Shown here: positions 29,416 to 38,004 of the stretch, one piece after another | How positions within the stretch are numbered: the first letter of the stretch is position 1 | How the letters are laid out: each line of letters begins with the position of its first letter | Assembly: GCA_963664875.1 (NCBI GenBank) | Contig: OY761611.1 | Coordinates: forward strand, 1,792,001-1,856,000 | Reading direction: 5' to 3' | DNA from: Candidatus Kapaibacterium sp. | GTDB lineage: Bacteria; Bacteroidota; Ignavibacteria; Kapaibacteriales; UBA2268 | Length of the DNA stretch: 64,000 nt | Position numbers and translations under genes: made by a program | The notes under the pieces: model-generated | Database searches by the model: none | Told to the model about the DNA's origin: nothing | The model's input: only the letters and a program-made list of their open reading frames with translations

Positions 29416-29442
29416 ATATGATTAGCACAAATATATGTAAAA
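29414..29442 (-). promoter_or_regulatory. 29-bp promoter element, copy 2
   Basis: Identical to 26594..26622. Confidence 0.7.
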
Positions 29443-29636
29443 ATTTTGTAATATAATATCACAATATTATATATTTATATATACTTATAGTAACATTGCT
29501 AAACTTGTAAGACACTCTATAGTACCAATCTTTCGCTCAATAAGCCCGGAACAACCCACACTTAAAAAAAAGCCGTCCAAATTATACATCCGAACGGCTT
29601 CAAACTCTTCTATTAGAGTAATTTTATTTTCTTAAA

Positions 29637-30137
29637 CTACTCTGCTTTTTTGATAGTCATCTCTACTTTTTCTCTCGGGCAATCTCTCATATCGCGAGGA
29701 GCTGATACTATTTTATCAGCTATTTCCATACCTTCGGTTACCTGACCGTAAACTGTGTACTGGCCATCTAAATGCGGTGCATCGGATACACAAATAAAGA
29801 ATTGAGAAGTTGCACTGTTAGGATCCATTGTCCTTGCTGCAGATAAGATACCTCTTTTGTGAGGTGTTTTAGAAAATTCTGCTTTCACAGTTTTTTGCTT
29901 AGGATCGCCAAATCCCCACATTTCTTTATTGTCTGTCTTGGAGTTTGGATCTCCACCCTGAATCATAAATCCCGGGATTACTCTATGAAAAGCAGTGCCG
30001 TTGTAAAACTCATCTGCCACCAATTTTTCGAAATTTTCGCAATGCAAAGGAGCAATCTCAGGGAAAAGTTCTAATGTCATATTTCCAAGCTCTACTTCGC
30101 CGTGTTTTACAGAGATGATATATTTAGGATTTGCCAT
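29637..30137 (-). CDS. Cyclophilin-type peptidyl-prolyl cis-trans isomerase
   Basis: FYNGTAFHRVIPGFMIQGGDP, SATSQFFI, HLDGQYTVYGQV. Confidence 0.95.
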   Translation of the reverse strand: MANPKYIISVKHGEVELGNMTLELFPEIAPLHCENFEKLVADEFYNGTAFHRVIPGFMIQGGDPNSKTDNKEMWGFGDPKQKTVKAEFSKTPHKRGILSAARTMDPNSATSQFFICVSDAPHLDGQYTVYGQVTEGMEIADKIVSAPRDMRDCPREKVEMTIKKAE

Positions 30138-30153
30138 TTTAGTAAAACTCCTG

Positions 30154-30780
30154 TTATTGTTTCAATTCTACTTTATAATCATGTAATTTTGTTATAGTCA
30201 TTTCTACTTTATCATTTGGTCTGTCGTTGCTTTTGCTTCTTGGTACACTAACTACCTGAAAAGCAACTCCGATATTAGCAAGCACCTGTCCGTAAACAGT
30301 ATATTTCCCATCTAAATGCGGTGCATCCGCAACGCAGATGAAAAACTGCGAGGTCGCACTGTTCGGGTTCTGCGAGCGTGCAGCCGAAAGGATACCTGTG
30401 GTGTGCTTAATTTCGTTAAATTCTGCCGGAATTTTTCTCTGGTTTTCATCGCCCATGCCCCAAGTCTCTTCAGGCATGTGTTTAGAGTTTGGATCTCCGC
30501 CTTGAATCATAAATCCAGGAATCACTCTATGAAAAGCTGTGCCGTCATAAAACTTGATAGCTACAAGGCTGTCAAAATTGCGTGCGTGCTCAGGAGCAAC
30601 TTCCGGAAATGTTTCCAATATCATTGAGCCAAATTCCTGCTCCCCTTGTCTTACGGTAATTTCGTAAAGTGGATTGTTGCCCGAAGGCAATTTGTCTAAT
30701 AATATAATTCTTTCTGATTTGAACATAGAACATGAAGCCAAAGCCAGCATCAAAGCAAACAAAGGAATTAGTCTTTTCAT
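30154..30780 (-). CDS. Cyclophilin-type PPIase, lipoprotein
   Basis: MKRLIPLFALMLALASC lipobox; FHRVIPGFMIQGGDP, SQFFI. Confidence 0.93.
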   Translation of the reverse strand: MKRLIPLFALMLALASCSMFKSERIILLDKLPSGNNPLYEITVRQGEQEFGSMILETFPEVAPEHARNFDSLVAIKFYDGTAFHRVIPGFMIQGGDPNSKHMPEETWGMGDENQRKIPAEFNEIKHTTGILSAARSQNPNSATSQFFICVADAPHLDGKYTVYGQVLANIGVAFQVVSVPRSKSNDRPNDKVEMTITKLHDYKVELKQ

Positions 30781-30930
30781 TATTACTCCCATAGATAGAT
30801 TACTTTTAGATAATGGATACAAAAATACAAAATTTTTGCAAGTCATTACAAAAAAAAGGAAGTAGTCCTACCTTTATTATTGTTTCTTCCGGACAAGTTT
30901 AAGGCAAAATATAAAACAATAAAGGGTACT

Positions 30931-30977
30931 CGCAATAAATAAAACCGCACTACTCCACCATCGGGAATGATGCGGCT
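30931..30977 (-). terminator. Terminator of the tandem T9SS array; near-copy of the aconitase terminator
   Basis: CCGCACTACTCC...GGAATGATGCGG hairpin; direct repeat of 37939..37983. Confidence 0.75.
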
Positions 30978-31011
30978 TATAAATTTCATAATATCTTTTC
31001 TTCCCCACCTG

Positions 31012-32436
31012 CTACTCTACCGCGAAACCTATGCTACGCTTCTCGCTGCCATTGTCTATCACAAGGTAGTAGATTCCGGTACTTATATCCTCAACATCTA
31101 TCTGTTTACTGCCGAATGCCTCGGAGGCGTTGTAGCTGTAACTGCCGTCAAGTTCCTTAATTTTGCAGCCCATATAGTCATATATTTCAAATTTTACTTT
31201 CTCGCGGTAATTTGGATTCAAAAAGAAGTTTACCGTTACCATACGTTTCGCAGGATTTGGGTATAGTTTAGTGGGCAGTACCGTTGGGAAACTCTCCGTT
31301 TCTTCTGCTACTGAGGTAGTGTCCTTATAGATATTATAACTTACTGCTCCCTGATAGTGCCACTTGCCGTCTTTGCCCTTTATTCCATCGCCCCAATGAA
31401 AGAAAAACCACATACGCTTTTTGTCAGGGGAAATATATATTCGTCCCGGTGAAACATATTGTCTGACAGGATCGTTAGGTCTGTCTATCATTTCCCAATC
31501 TTTATCTTTATATTTGATGTAAAACCTTGCATAATCGATATCTGCAACAAAAGCAATGCAGAAATCTTCGTTTACTTCTCTGATATTGAACACTATATTC
31601 TCACTTGCTTTTATACTTGTATCGTACATCGCAGTTGTCGATAAATCTTCGACTGTATAGTCCATAGTGTATAAATTCAATGTAAACATCTGCCACTTGT
31701 TATTAGTAAAATATAGCAGACTGTCTTTAAATAAATATGATTTTATTTTTTGATTAGTGTCCTGAACCAATTCTCTCAAATCAACTGCATATTTCCCATT
31801 CTCGTTAAAATATGTGATATTGTAATAAACTGAAGGATATACATAATAACCCTTTATTTTGTGGAGTTTATAATCAGAATAATTTATCTGCGGTATAAAT
31901 TGCAAACTATCATAGCTCATCACAAATTCCCATTCTAAGGTTCTTTCCGAAAATTTGAACACTCCCGGATATTTGAATACATAATTTTCAATCTTGCACA
32001 GAAAACTACTGTCATCATACAAAGGCTGTCTGAGGATAGGTGAATCTATGCCAAACTCCTTAAATACGGGAACTTCTTTGTCAAACCTGATGATTGTATC
32101 GTCAGTAATGTAATCTATACCAAAATTATACCTTGCAAGTGCTGAATGTTTGGTAAAGTTAATTACTGACTCACAATTTGCCTGACTTGACCACTTTGTG
32201 TATCTTATTGTATCCTTACCTCTTACTATCTCATCCACATGCCAGGTAGTATCGCCCGATGGTGGAATTATCCAAAATCCTCTATCTGTTCCTACCCAAA
32301 GATTCCCGGTAGAGTCAAACGAATGTTGAGTTAATACCACACCTTTTATATATTCAAAATATACGGGGTCGTTCCAGCGTTCTGCTTTGCTGCTGATTGC
32401 TGTAATCAGGAGGAGTAAATATATGGTGTATTTCAT
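31012..32436 (-). CDS. T9SS-secreted protein, tandem paralog 1 (474 aa)
   Basis: Signal peptide MKYTIYLLLLITAISSKA; DSTGNLWVGTDRG propeller-type blade; CTD LYPNPA...STGIYYL. Confidence 0.85.
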   Translation of the reverse strand: MKYTIYLLLLITAISSKAERWNDPVYFEYIKGVVLTQHSFDSTGNLWVGTDRGFWIIPPSGDTTWHVDEIVRGKDTIRYTKWSSQANCESVINFTKHSALARYNFGIDYITDDTIIRFDKEVPVFKEFGIDSPILRQPLYDDSSFLCKIENYVFKYPGVFKFSERTLEWEFVMSYDSLQFIPQINYSDYKLHKIKGYYVYPSVYYNITYFNENGKYAVDLRELVQDTNQKIKSYLFKDSLLYFTNNKWQMFTLNLYTMDYTVEDLSTTAMYDTSIKASENIVFNIREVNEDFCIAFVADIDYARFYIKYKDKDWEMIDRPNDPVRQYVSPGRIYISPDKKRMWFFFHWGDGIKGKDGKWHYQGAVSYNIYKDTTSVAEETESFPTVLPTKLYPNPAKRMVTVNFFLNPNYREKVKFEIYDYMGCKIKELDGSYSYNASEAFGSKQIDVEDISTGIYYLVIDNGSEKRSIGFAVE

Positions 32437-32477
32437 AGTTTGCCTCTTTGATTGGATTGTTTGGGTAATTATCATTA

Positions 32478-33905
32478 CTACTCTACCGCGAAACCTATGC
32501 TACGCTTCTCGCTGCCATTGTCTATCACAAGGTAGTAGATTCCGGTACTTATATCCTCAACATCTATCTGTTTACTGCCGAATGCCTCCGAGGCGTTGTA
32601 ACTGTAACTGCCGTCAAGCTCCTTAATTTTGCAGCCCATATAGTCATATATTTCAAATTTTACTTTCTCGCGGTAATTTGGATTCAAAAAGAAGTTTACC
32701 GTTACCATACGTTTCGCAGGATTTGGGTATAGCTTAGTAGGCAGTACCGTTGGGAAACCCTCTGTTTCTTCAGCTACTGAGGTAGTGTCCTTATAGATAT
32801 TATAACTTACTGCACCCTGATAATGCCACTTGCCGTCTTTGCCCTTTATTCCATCACTCCAATAAAAGAAAAACCACAAGCACTTTTTATCCGGTGACAT
32901 ATATAGTCGCTCAGGGCCTTCGTATTCCCTTATTGGATCATTTGGTCTGTCAATCAATTCCCAATCTTTGCCTTTGTATTTGATAAAAAAACCATAGTGT
33001 TCATGAATATAAGTAATGTGTGCGATACTGAAATCTTCATTTACTTCTCTGATATTAAATTGTGCATCAGGATTTACGTTTTTACATGTATCGTGCATCG
33101 CAGTAGTCGATAAATCTTCGACTGTATAGTCCATAGTGTATAAATTCAATGTAAACATCTGCCATTTGTTATTCGTAAAATATAGCAGACTGTCTTTAAA
33201 CAAATATGATTCTATTTTTTGATTAGTGTCCTGAACCAATTCTCTCAAATTTACCGCATATTTCCCTTTTTCATCAAAATATGTGATATTGTAATAATAG
33301 GATGGATATACATAATTATCTTTTAGTTTATGGAGTTTATAATCTTCATATTTTATCTGTGGGACATAAGGCACACTATCATAACTAATCAAAAATTCCC
33401 ATTCTAAGGTTCTTTCCGAAAATTTGAATACTCCCGGATATTTATATACATAATTTTCTATCTTGCACAGAAAACTACTATCATCATACAAAGGCTGTCT
33501 GAGGATAGGTAAATCTATGCCAAACTCCTTAAATACAGGAACTTCTTTGTCAAACCTGATGATTGTATCGTCAGTAATATAATCTATGCCATAATTATAT
33601 CTTGCAAGTGCTGAATGTTTGGTAAAGTTAATTACTGACTCACAATTTGCCTGACTTGACCACTTGGTGTATCTAATTGTATCCTTACCTCTTACTATCT
33701 CATCCACATGCCAGGTAGTATCGCCCGATGGTGGGATTATCCAAAATCCTCTTGTAGAACCAACCCACAAATTCCCGGTAGAGTCAAACGAATGTAGGGT
33801 TAAATTTACGCCTTTCAGGTATTCAAAATATACGGGGTCGTTCCAGCGTTCTGCTTTGCTGCTGATTGCTGTAATCAGGAGGAGTAAATATATAGTGTAT
33901 TTCAT
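32478..33905 (-). CDS. T9SS-secreted protein, tandem paralog 2
   Basis: As paralog 1, with clustered variable patches. Confidence 0.85.
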   Translation of the reverse strand: MKYTIYLLLLITAISSKAERWNDPVYFEYLKGVNLTLHSFDSTGNLWVGSTRGFWIIPPSGDTTWHVDEIVRGKDTIRYTKWSSQANCESVINFTKHSALARYNYGIDYITDDTIIRFDKEVPVFKEFGIDLPILRQPLYDDSSFLCKIENYVYKYPGVFKFSERTLEWEFLISYDSVPYVPQIKYEDYKLHKLKDNYVYPSYYYNITYFDEKGKYAVNLRELVQDTNQKIESYLFKDSLLYFTNNKWQMFTLNLYTMDYTVEDLSTTAMHDTCKNVNPDAQFNIREVNEDFSIAHITYIHEHYGFFIKYKGKDWELIDRPNDPIREYEGPERLYMSPDKKCLWFFFYWSDGIKGKDGKWHYQGAVSYNIYKDTTSVAEETEGFPTVLPTKLYPNPAKRMVTVNFFLNPNYREKVKFEIYDYMGCKIKELDGSYSYNASEAFGSKQIDVEDISTGIYYLVIDNGSEKRSIGFAVE

Positions 33906-33945
33906 AGTTAGCCTTTTGGATTGGATTTTTGGGTAATTATCATTA

Positions 33946-35370
33946 CTACTCTACCGCGAAACCTATGCTACGCTTTTCGCTGCCATTGTCTATCACAAGG
34001 TAGTAGATTCCGGTACTTATATCCTCAACATCTATCTGTTTACTGCCGAATGCCTCGGAGGCGTTGTAACTGTAACTGCCGTCAAGTTCCTTAATTTTGC
34101 AGCCCATATAGTCATATATTTCAAATTTTACTTTCTCGCGGTAATTTGGATTCAAAAAGAAGTTTACCGTTACCATACGTTTCGCAGGATTTGGGTATAG
34201 CTTAGTGGGCAGTACCGTTGGGAAACCCTCTGTTTCTTCAGCTACTGAGGTAGTGTCCTTATAGATATTATAACTTACTGCTCCCTGGAAGTGCCACTTG
34301 CCGTCTTTGCCCTTTATTCCATCGCTCCAATGAAAGAAAAACCACATACGCTTTTTGTCAGGGGAAATATATATTCGTCCCGGTGAAACATATTGTCTGA
34401 CTGGATCGTTAGGTCTGTCTATCATTTCCCAATCTCTATCTTTATATTTGATGTAAAACCTTGCGTAATCAATATCTGCAACAAAAGCAATGCAGAAATC
34501 TTCATTTACTTCTCTGATATTGAACACTATATTCTCACTTGCTTTTATACTTGTATCGTACATCGCAGTTGTCGATAAATCTTCGACTGTATAGTCCATA
34601 GTGTATAAATTCAATGTAAACATCTGCCACTTGTTATTAGTAAAATATAGCAGACTGTCTTTAAATAAATATGATTCTATTTTTTGATTTGTGTCCTGAA
34701 CCAATTCTCTCAAATTTACCGCATATTTCCCTTTTTCATCAAAATATGTGATATTGTAATAATAGGATGGATATACATACTTATCCTTTAGTTTATGGAG
34801 TTTATAATCATCATAACTTATCTGCGGTACATAAGGCACACTATCATAACTCATCAAAAATTCCCATTCTAAGGTTCTTTCCGAAAATTTGAACACTCCC
34901 GGATATTTATATACATAATTTTCAATCAAGCACAGAAAACTACTGTCATCATACAAAGGCTGCCTGAGGAGAGGCGAATCTATGCCAAACTCCTTAAATA
35001 CGGGAACTTCTTTGTCAAACCTGATGATTGTATCGTCAGTAATATAATCTATGCCATAATTATACCTTGCAAGTGCTGAATGTTTGGTAAAGTTAATCAC
35101 TGACTCACAATTTGCCTGACTTGACCACTTGGTGTATCTAATTGTATCCTTACCTCTTACTATCTCATCCACATGCCAGGTAGTATCGCCGGATGGTGGG
35201 ATTATCCAAAATCCTCTATCTGTTCCTACCCAAAGATTCCCGGTAGAGTCAAACGAATGTTGAGTTAATACCACACCTTTTATATATTCAAAATATACGG
35301 GGTCGTTCCAGCGTTCTGCTTTGCTGCTTAATACTGTAATCAGGAGGAGTAAATATATGGTGTATTTCAT
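33946..35370 (-). CDS. T9SS-secreted protein, tandem paralog 3 (mosaic of 1 and 2)
   Basis: As paralog 1. Confidence 0.85.
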   Translation of the reverse strand: MKYTIYLLLLITVLSSKAERWNDPVYFEYIKGVVLTQHSFDSTGNLWVGTDRGFWIIPPSGDTTWHVDEIVRGKDTIRYTKWSSQANCESVINFTKHSALARYNYGIDYITDDTIIRFDKEVPVFKEFGIDSPLLRQPLYDDSSFLCLIENYVYKYPGVFKFSERTLEWEFLMSYDSVPYVPQISYDDYKLHKLKDKYVYPSYYYNITYFDEKGKYAVNLRELVQDTNQKIESYLFKDSLLYFTNNKWQMFTLNLYTMDYTVEDLSTTAMYDTSIKASENIVFNIREVNEDFCIAFVADIDYARFYIKYKDRDWEMIDRPNDPVRQYVSPGRIYISPDKKRMWFFFHWSDGIKGKDGKWHFQGAVSYNIYKDTTSVAEETEGFPTVLPTKLYPNPAKRMVTVNFFLNPNYREKVKFEIYDYMGCKIKELDGSYSYNASEAFGSKQIDVEDISTGIYYLVIDNGSEKRSIGFAVE

Positions 35371-35410
35371 AGTTTGCCTCTTGGATTGGATTTTTGGGTA
35401 ATTATCATTA

Positions 35411-36850
35411 CTACTCTACCGCGAAACCTATGCTACGCTTTTCGCTGCCATTGTCTATCACAAGGTAGTAAATCCCGGTACTTATATCCTCAACATCTAT
35501 CTGTTTACTGCCGAATGCCTCGGAGGCGTTGTAGCTGTAACTGCCGTCAAGTTCCTTAATTTTGCAGCCCATATAGTCATATATTTCAAATTTTACTTTC
35601 TCGCGGTAATTTGGATTCAAAAAGAAGTTTACCGTTACCATACGTTTCGCAGGATTTGGGTATAGCTTAGTGGGTAGTACCGTTGGGAAACCCTCTGTTT
35701 CTTCAGCTACTGAGGTAGTGTCCTTATAGATATTATAACTTATTAAAAATTTATACATTTCTCTTCCATTAATCACAGTATCCGGAATTACTGTGTAGAA
35801 GAAATAAAACCATACCTTATCTTTATCAGGAGAAAATACCGGGTACTCAGGCCCGTCAACTGAGTATTTACCTAAGAAAGATCTGTCTATTACCCGCCAA
35901 TCTCCACCTTTATATTTAATATATATCGAGCTGTCTATTTTTTGATAGAGATTATTAGTCATCATAAAGTCGTCATTAATTTCCCAAATTGATATGTATA
36001 AATTTGGATTTGCATCAATATGGTTTTTGTACATAGGAGTAGCTCTCAAATCTTCGACTTCATAATTAAAAGTATTCAAGTTGATTTTATACCACAAATT
36101 AGAAGGAGTTGTGTAATGTAAGATACTATCTTTGAAATAGTATGATACTGACATCAGAGAAGTATCTTCTGTCAATTCGAGAAGATTCACTCCATATCTC
36201 TTACTTTCGTTAAAAAAAGTAATCCCGGAATTGTAATTAGCGTATATATAGAAATCATTCCATTTGTAAAATGGAAATGCATACATCGCCAAATTAGGTA
36301 CAGTGTAAGTTGAATCAAATTTACAAAGTCGAGTCCATTCTTTGGTTTGTTCAGAATATTTAAAAAAACCTAAATACTTATGAAGACCATCTGCAATTAG
36401 GCATATATATGAGCTATCATAATAGAAAGCACTCTGAATGTTTAGTTTTAAGATATTAAATTGACTGAAAAATGGGTAGGTATTATCAAATCGAACTAAT
36501 TCATTAGATGTCAGATAGAATATTGTGTCATTGCAATGCCCCAAAGCAGTCTCCTCATGCCATAGAATATAGGCTTTTTTATTAGTAGGGTCATTTGCAT
36601 ATTGATTGTACCAGAGTGTATCATTGTTTCGCGCTAAGAAAGGTATATATTCTGCAGTATCTTTCCCATCAGCAACTACCCAAAAGCCTTTGTTAGTCGC
36701 AAACCACAAGTTGTCTTCATAATCGTAGCTCGAGACAGTACTTTCAACCCAAACATAATCATAGCCATCTAAATATATTTTTTTACTCCATTCACCGGAA
36801 GTAAGATTAATAGAATACATTATACTTATGATAATAAAAAACAGTCTCAT
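35411..36850 (-). CDS. T9SS-secreted protein, divergent paralog 4 with near-identical CTD
   Basis: MRLFFIII start after AGGA; DNLWFATNKGFW homologous blade; from SYNIYKDTTSVAEE onward it matches the other copies. Confidence 0.85.
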   Translation of the reverse strand: MRLFFIIISIMYSINLTSGEWSKKIYLDGYDYVWVESTVSSYDYEDNLWFATNKGFWVVADGKDTAEYIPFLARNNDTLWYNQYANDPTNKKAYILWHEETALGHCNDTIFYLTSNELVRFDNTYPFFSQFNILKLNIQSAFYYDSSYICLIADGLHKYLGFFKYSEQTKEWTRLCKFDSTYTVPNLAMYAFPFYKWNDFYIYANYNSGITFFNESKRYGVNLLELTEDTSLMSVSYYFKDSILHYTTPSNLWYKINLNTFNYEVEDLRATPMYKNHIDANPNLYISIWEINDDFMMTNNLYQKIDSSIYIKYKGGDWRVIDRSFLGKYSVDGPEYPVFSPDKDKVWFYFFYTVIPDTVINGREMYKFLISYNIYKDTTSVAEETEGFPTVLPTKLYPNPAKRMVTVNFFLNPNYREKVKFEIYDYMGCKIKELDGSYSYNASEAFGSKQIDVEDISTGIYYLVIDNGSEKRSIGFAVE

Positions 36851-36914
36851 AGTATTTCCTTTCAAAATAGTATATGGAATCGGAACCAATCTAAGATTGA
36901 TTCCGATTTTTTTA

Positions 36915-37592
36915 TTATTGACATTTTACATCACATTCGATTTCAATGGGCTCTTCACCTCTAATAGAATCTTCTGGATAGTAATAAGATGTGCCTGGAC
37001 AGGTATTTCCTATATTTGCTTTTCTGCTTATTAAAGTTTGCGATAGCTCTAACTCTTGAGTTACAGGATTCCAAGTCCAACAGTCTTCATAAATGCTCAA
37101 GCATGTGGCATCTTCATCACATCGTACATATTCGAAAACCGGACGAAGCCAAGTTTCGTCGCCTTCAGTTCTTACATAGCACTCATTTACAGATGTGCAG
37201 GCTGCAGAAATTAGATGGACTGTGATTTGCCTACCTACATTACAAAAGATATAAGGTATTTCCAAATCTTCAGTTAGTTTCTTAACAAGAAGTTTGTTCC
37301 ATTCGTCTATAGACTCCCAATAGTTCTCTTTGAAACGACGCATAGCTTCTTTGGTTTCTTCCTCACATTCCGGACTTTTTGCTACGAACTCAACATGATG
37401 AAATTCGACATTTAAAACAAAATTTTGATTATCATAAAGATAACAAGCAACTACCCTGATTTGGTAGCAATCAGTTTCTTCAACATCAATAGTTATAGCT
37501 GTATATCCGGGTTCGCACTGTGCTTGTGCTTTAGAAGAAAATGCCAGGATGGCAAATAACATTAAAGATACAGATAATATGAAATGTTTCAT
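36915..37592 (-). CDS. Secreted cysteine-rich hypothetical protein
   Basis: Sec signal ending AQA-Q; 13 Cys in the mature part; no T9SS CTD. Confidence 0.75.
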   Translation of the reverse strand: MKHFILSVSLMLFAILAFSSKAQAQCEPGYTAITIDVEETDCYQIRVVACYLYDNQNFVLNVEFHHVEFVAKSPECEEETKEAMRRFKENYWESIDEWNKLLVKKLTEDLEIPYIFCNVGRQITVHLISAACTSVNECYVRTEGDETWLRPVFEYVRCDEDATCLSIYEDCWTWNPVTQELELSQTLISRKANIGNTCPGTSYYYPEDSIRGEEPIEIECDVKCQ

Positions 37593-37938
37593 GTGTATCT
37601 TCCTTTACTAAAATTAGAAAATATATTTAATACACATGACAAGTACTTGGATACTCGTCTATCCAATATGCACCGGCCTTTTAAATGTTTTGACTGCAAT
37701 TATTGTCCGGCGTTAAGTGGAGGTCGGGCATTTTTACCCGGCCTCTGCTATTTCTAACTTACCATTAGAAATTAGCACCTAAAAGTGTCATTAAGTAACC
37801 ATATCGTCTTTCCTGTATATGTTATTGATTTATCTTAATATAGAAAAAAAAAAAAACATAGCAAAGGAATTTTTGCAAATCTTAAAATAAATATTGATTT
37901 TACGTATAAACCCTTAATTTCCATTTCTACGTGTTTTC

Positions 37939-37983
37939 CGCAATAAAAAACCGCACTACTCCACTATTTGGAATAATGCGGCT
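37939..37983 (-). terminator. Intrinsic terminator of the aconitase gene
   Basis: Minus strand CCGCATTATTCC...GGAGTAGTGCGG followed by TTTTTT. Confidence 0.8.
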
Positions 37984-38004
37984 ATGTCTATTTATATATA
38001 CAGT

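Noticed and set aside
31012-36850. Diversity-generating retroelement as the source of paralog variation
   Set aside because: No reverse transcriptase in the window; the differences inspected are not adenine-specific and come in blocks, including synonymous changes
37683-37698. AAATGTTTTGACT resembles the loop sequence AAATGTTTGACT of the 91-bp repeat
   Set aside because: Opposite orientation relative to the gene, and short enough to be chance in AT-rich DNA
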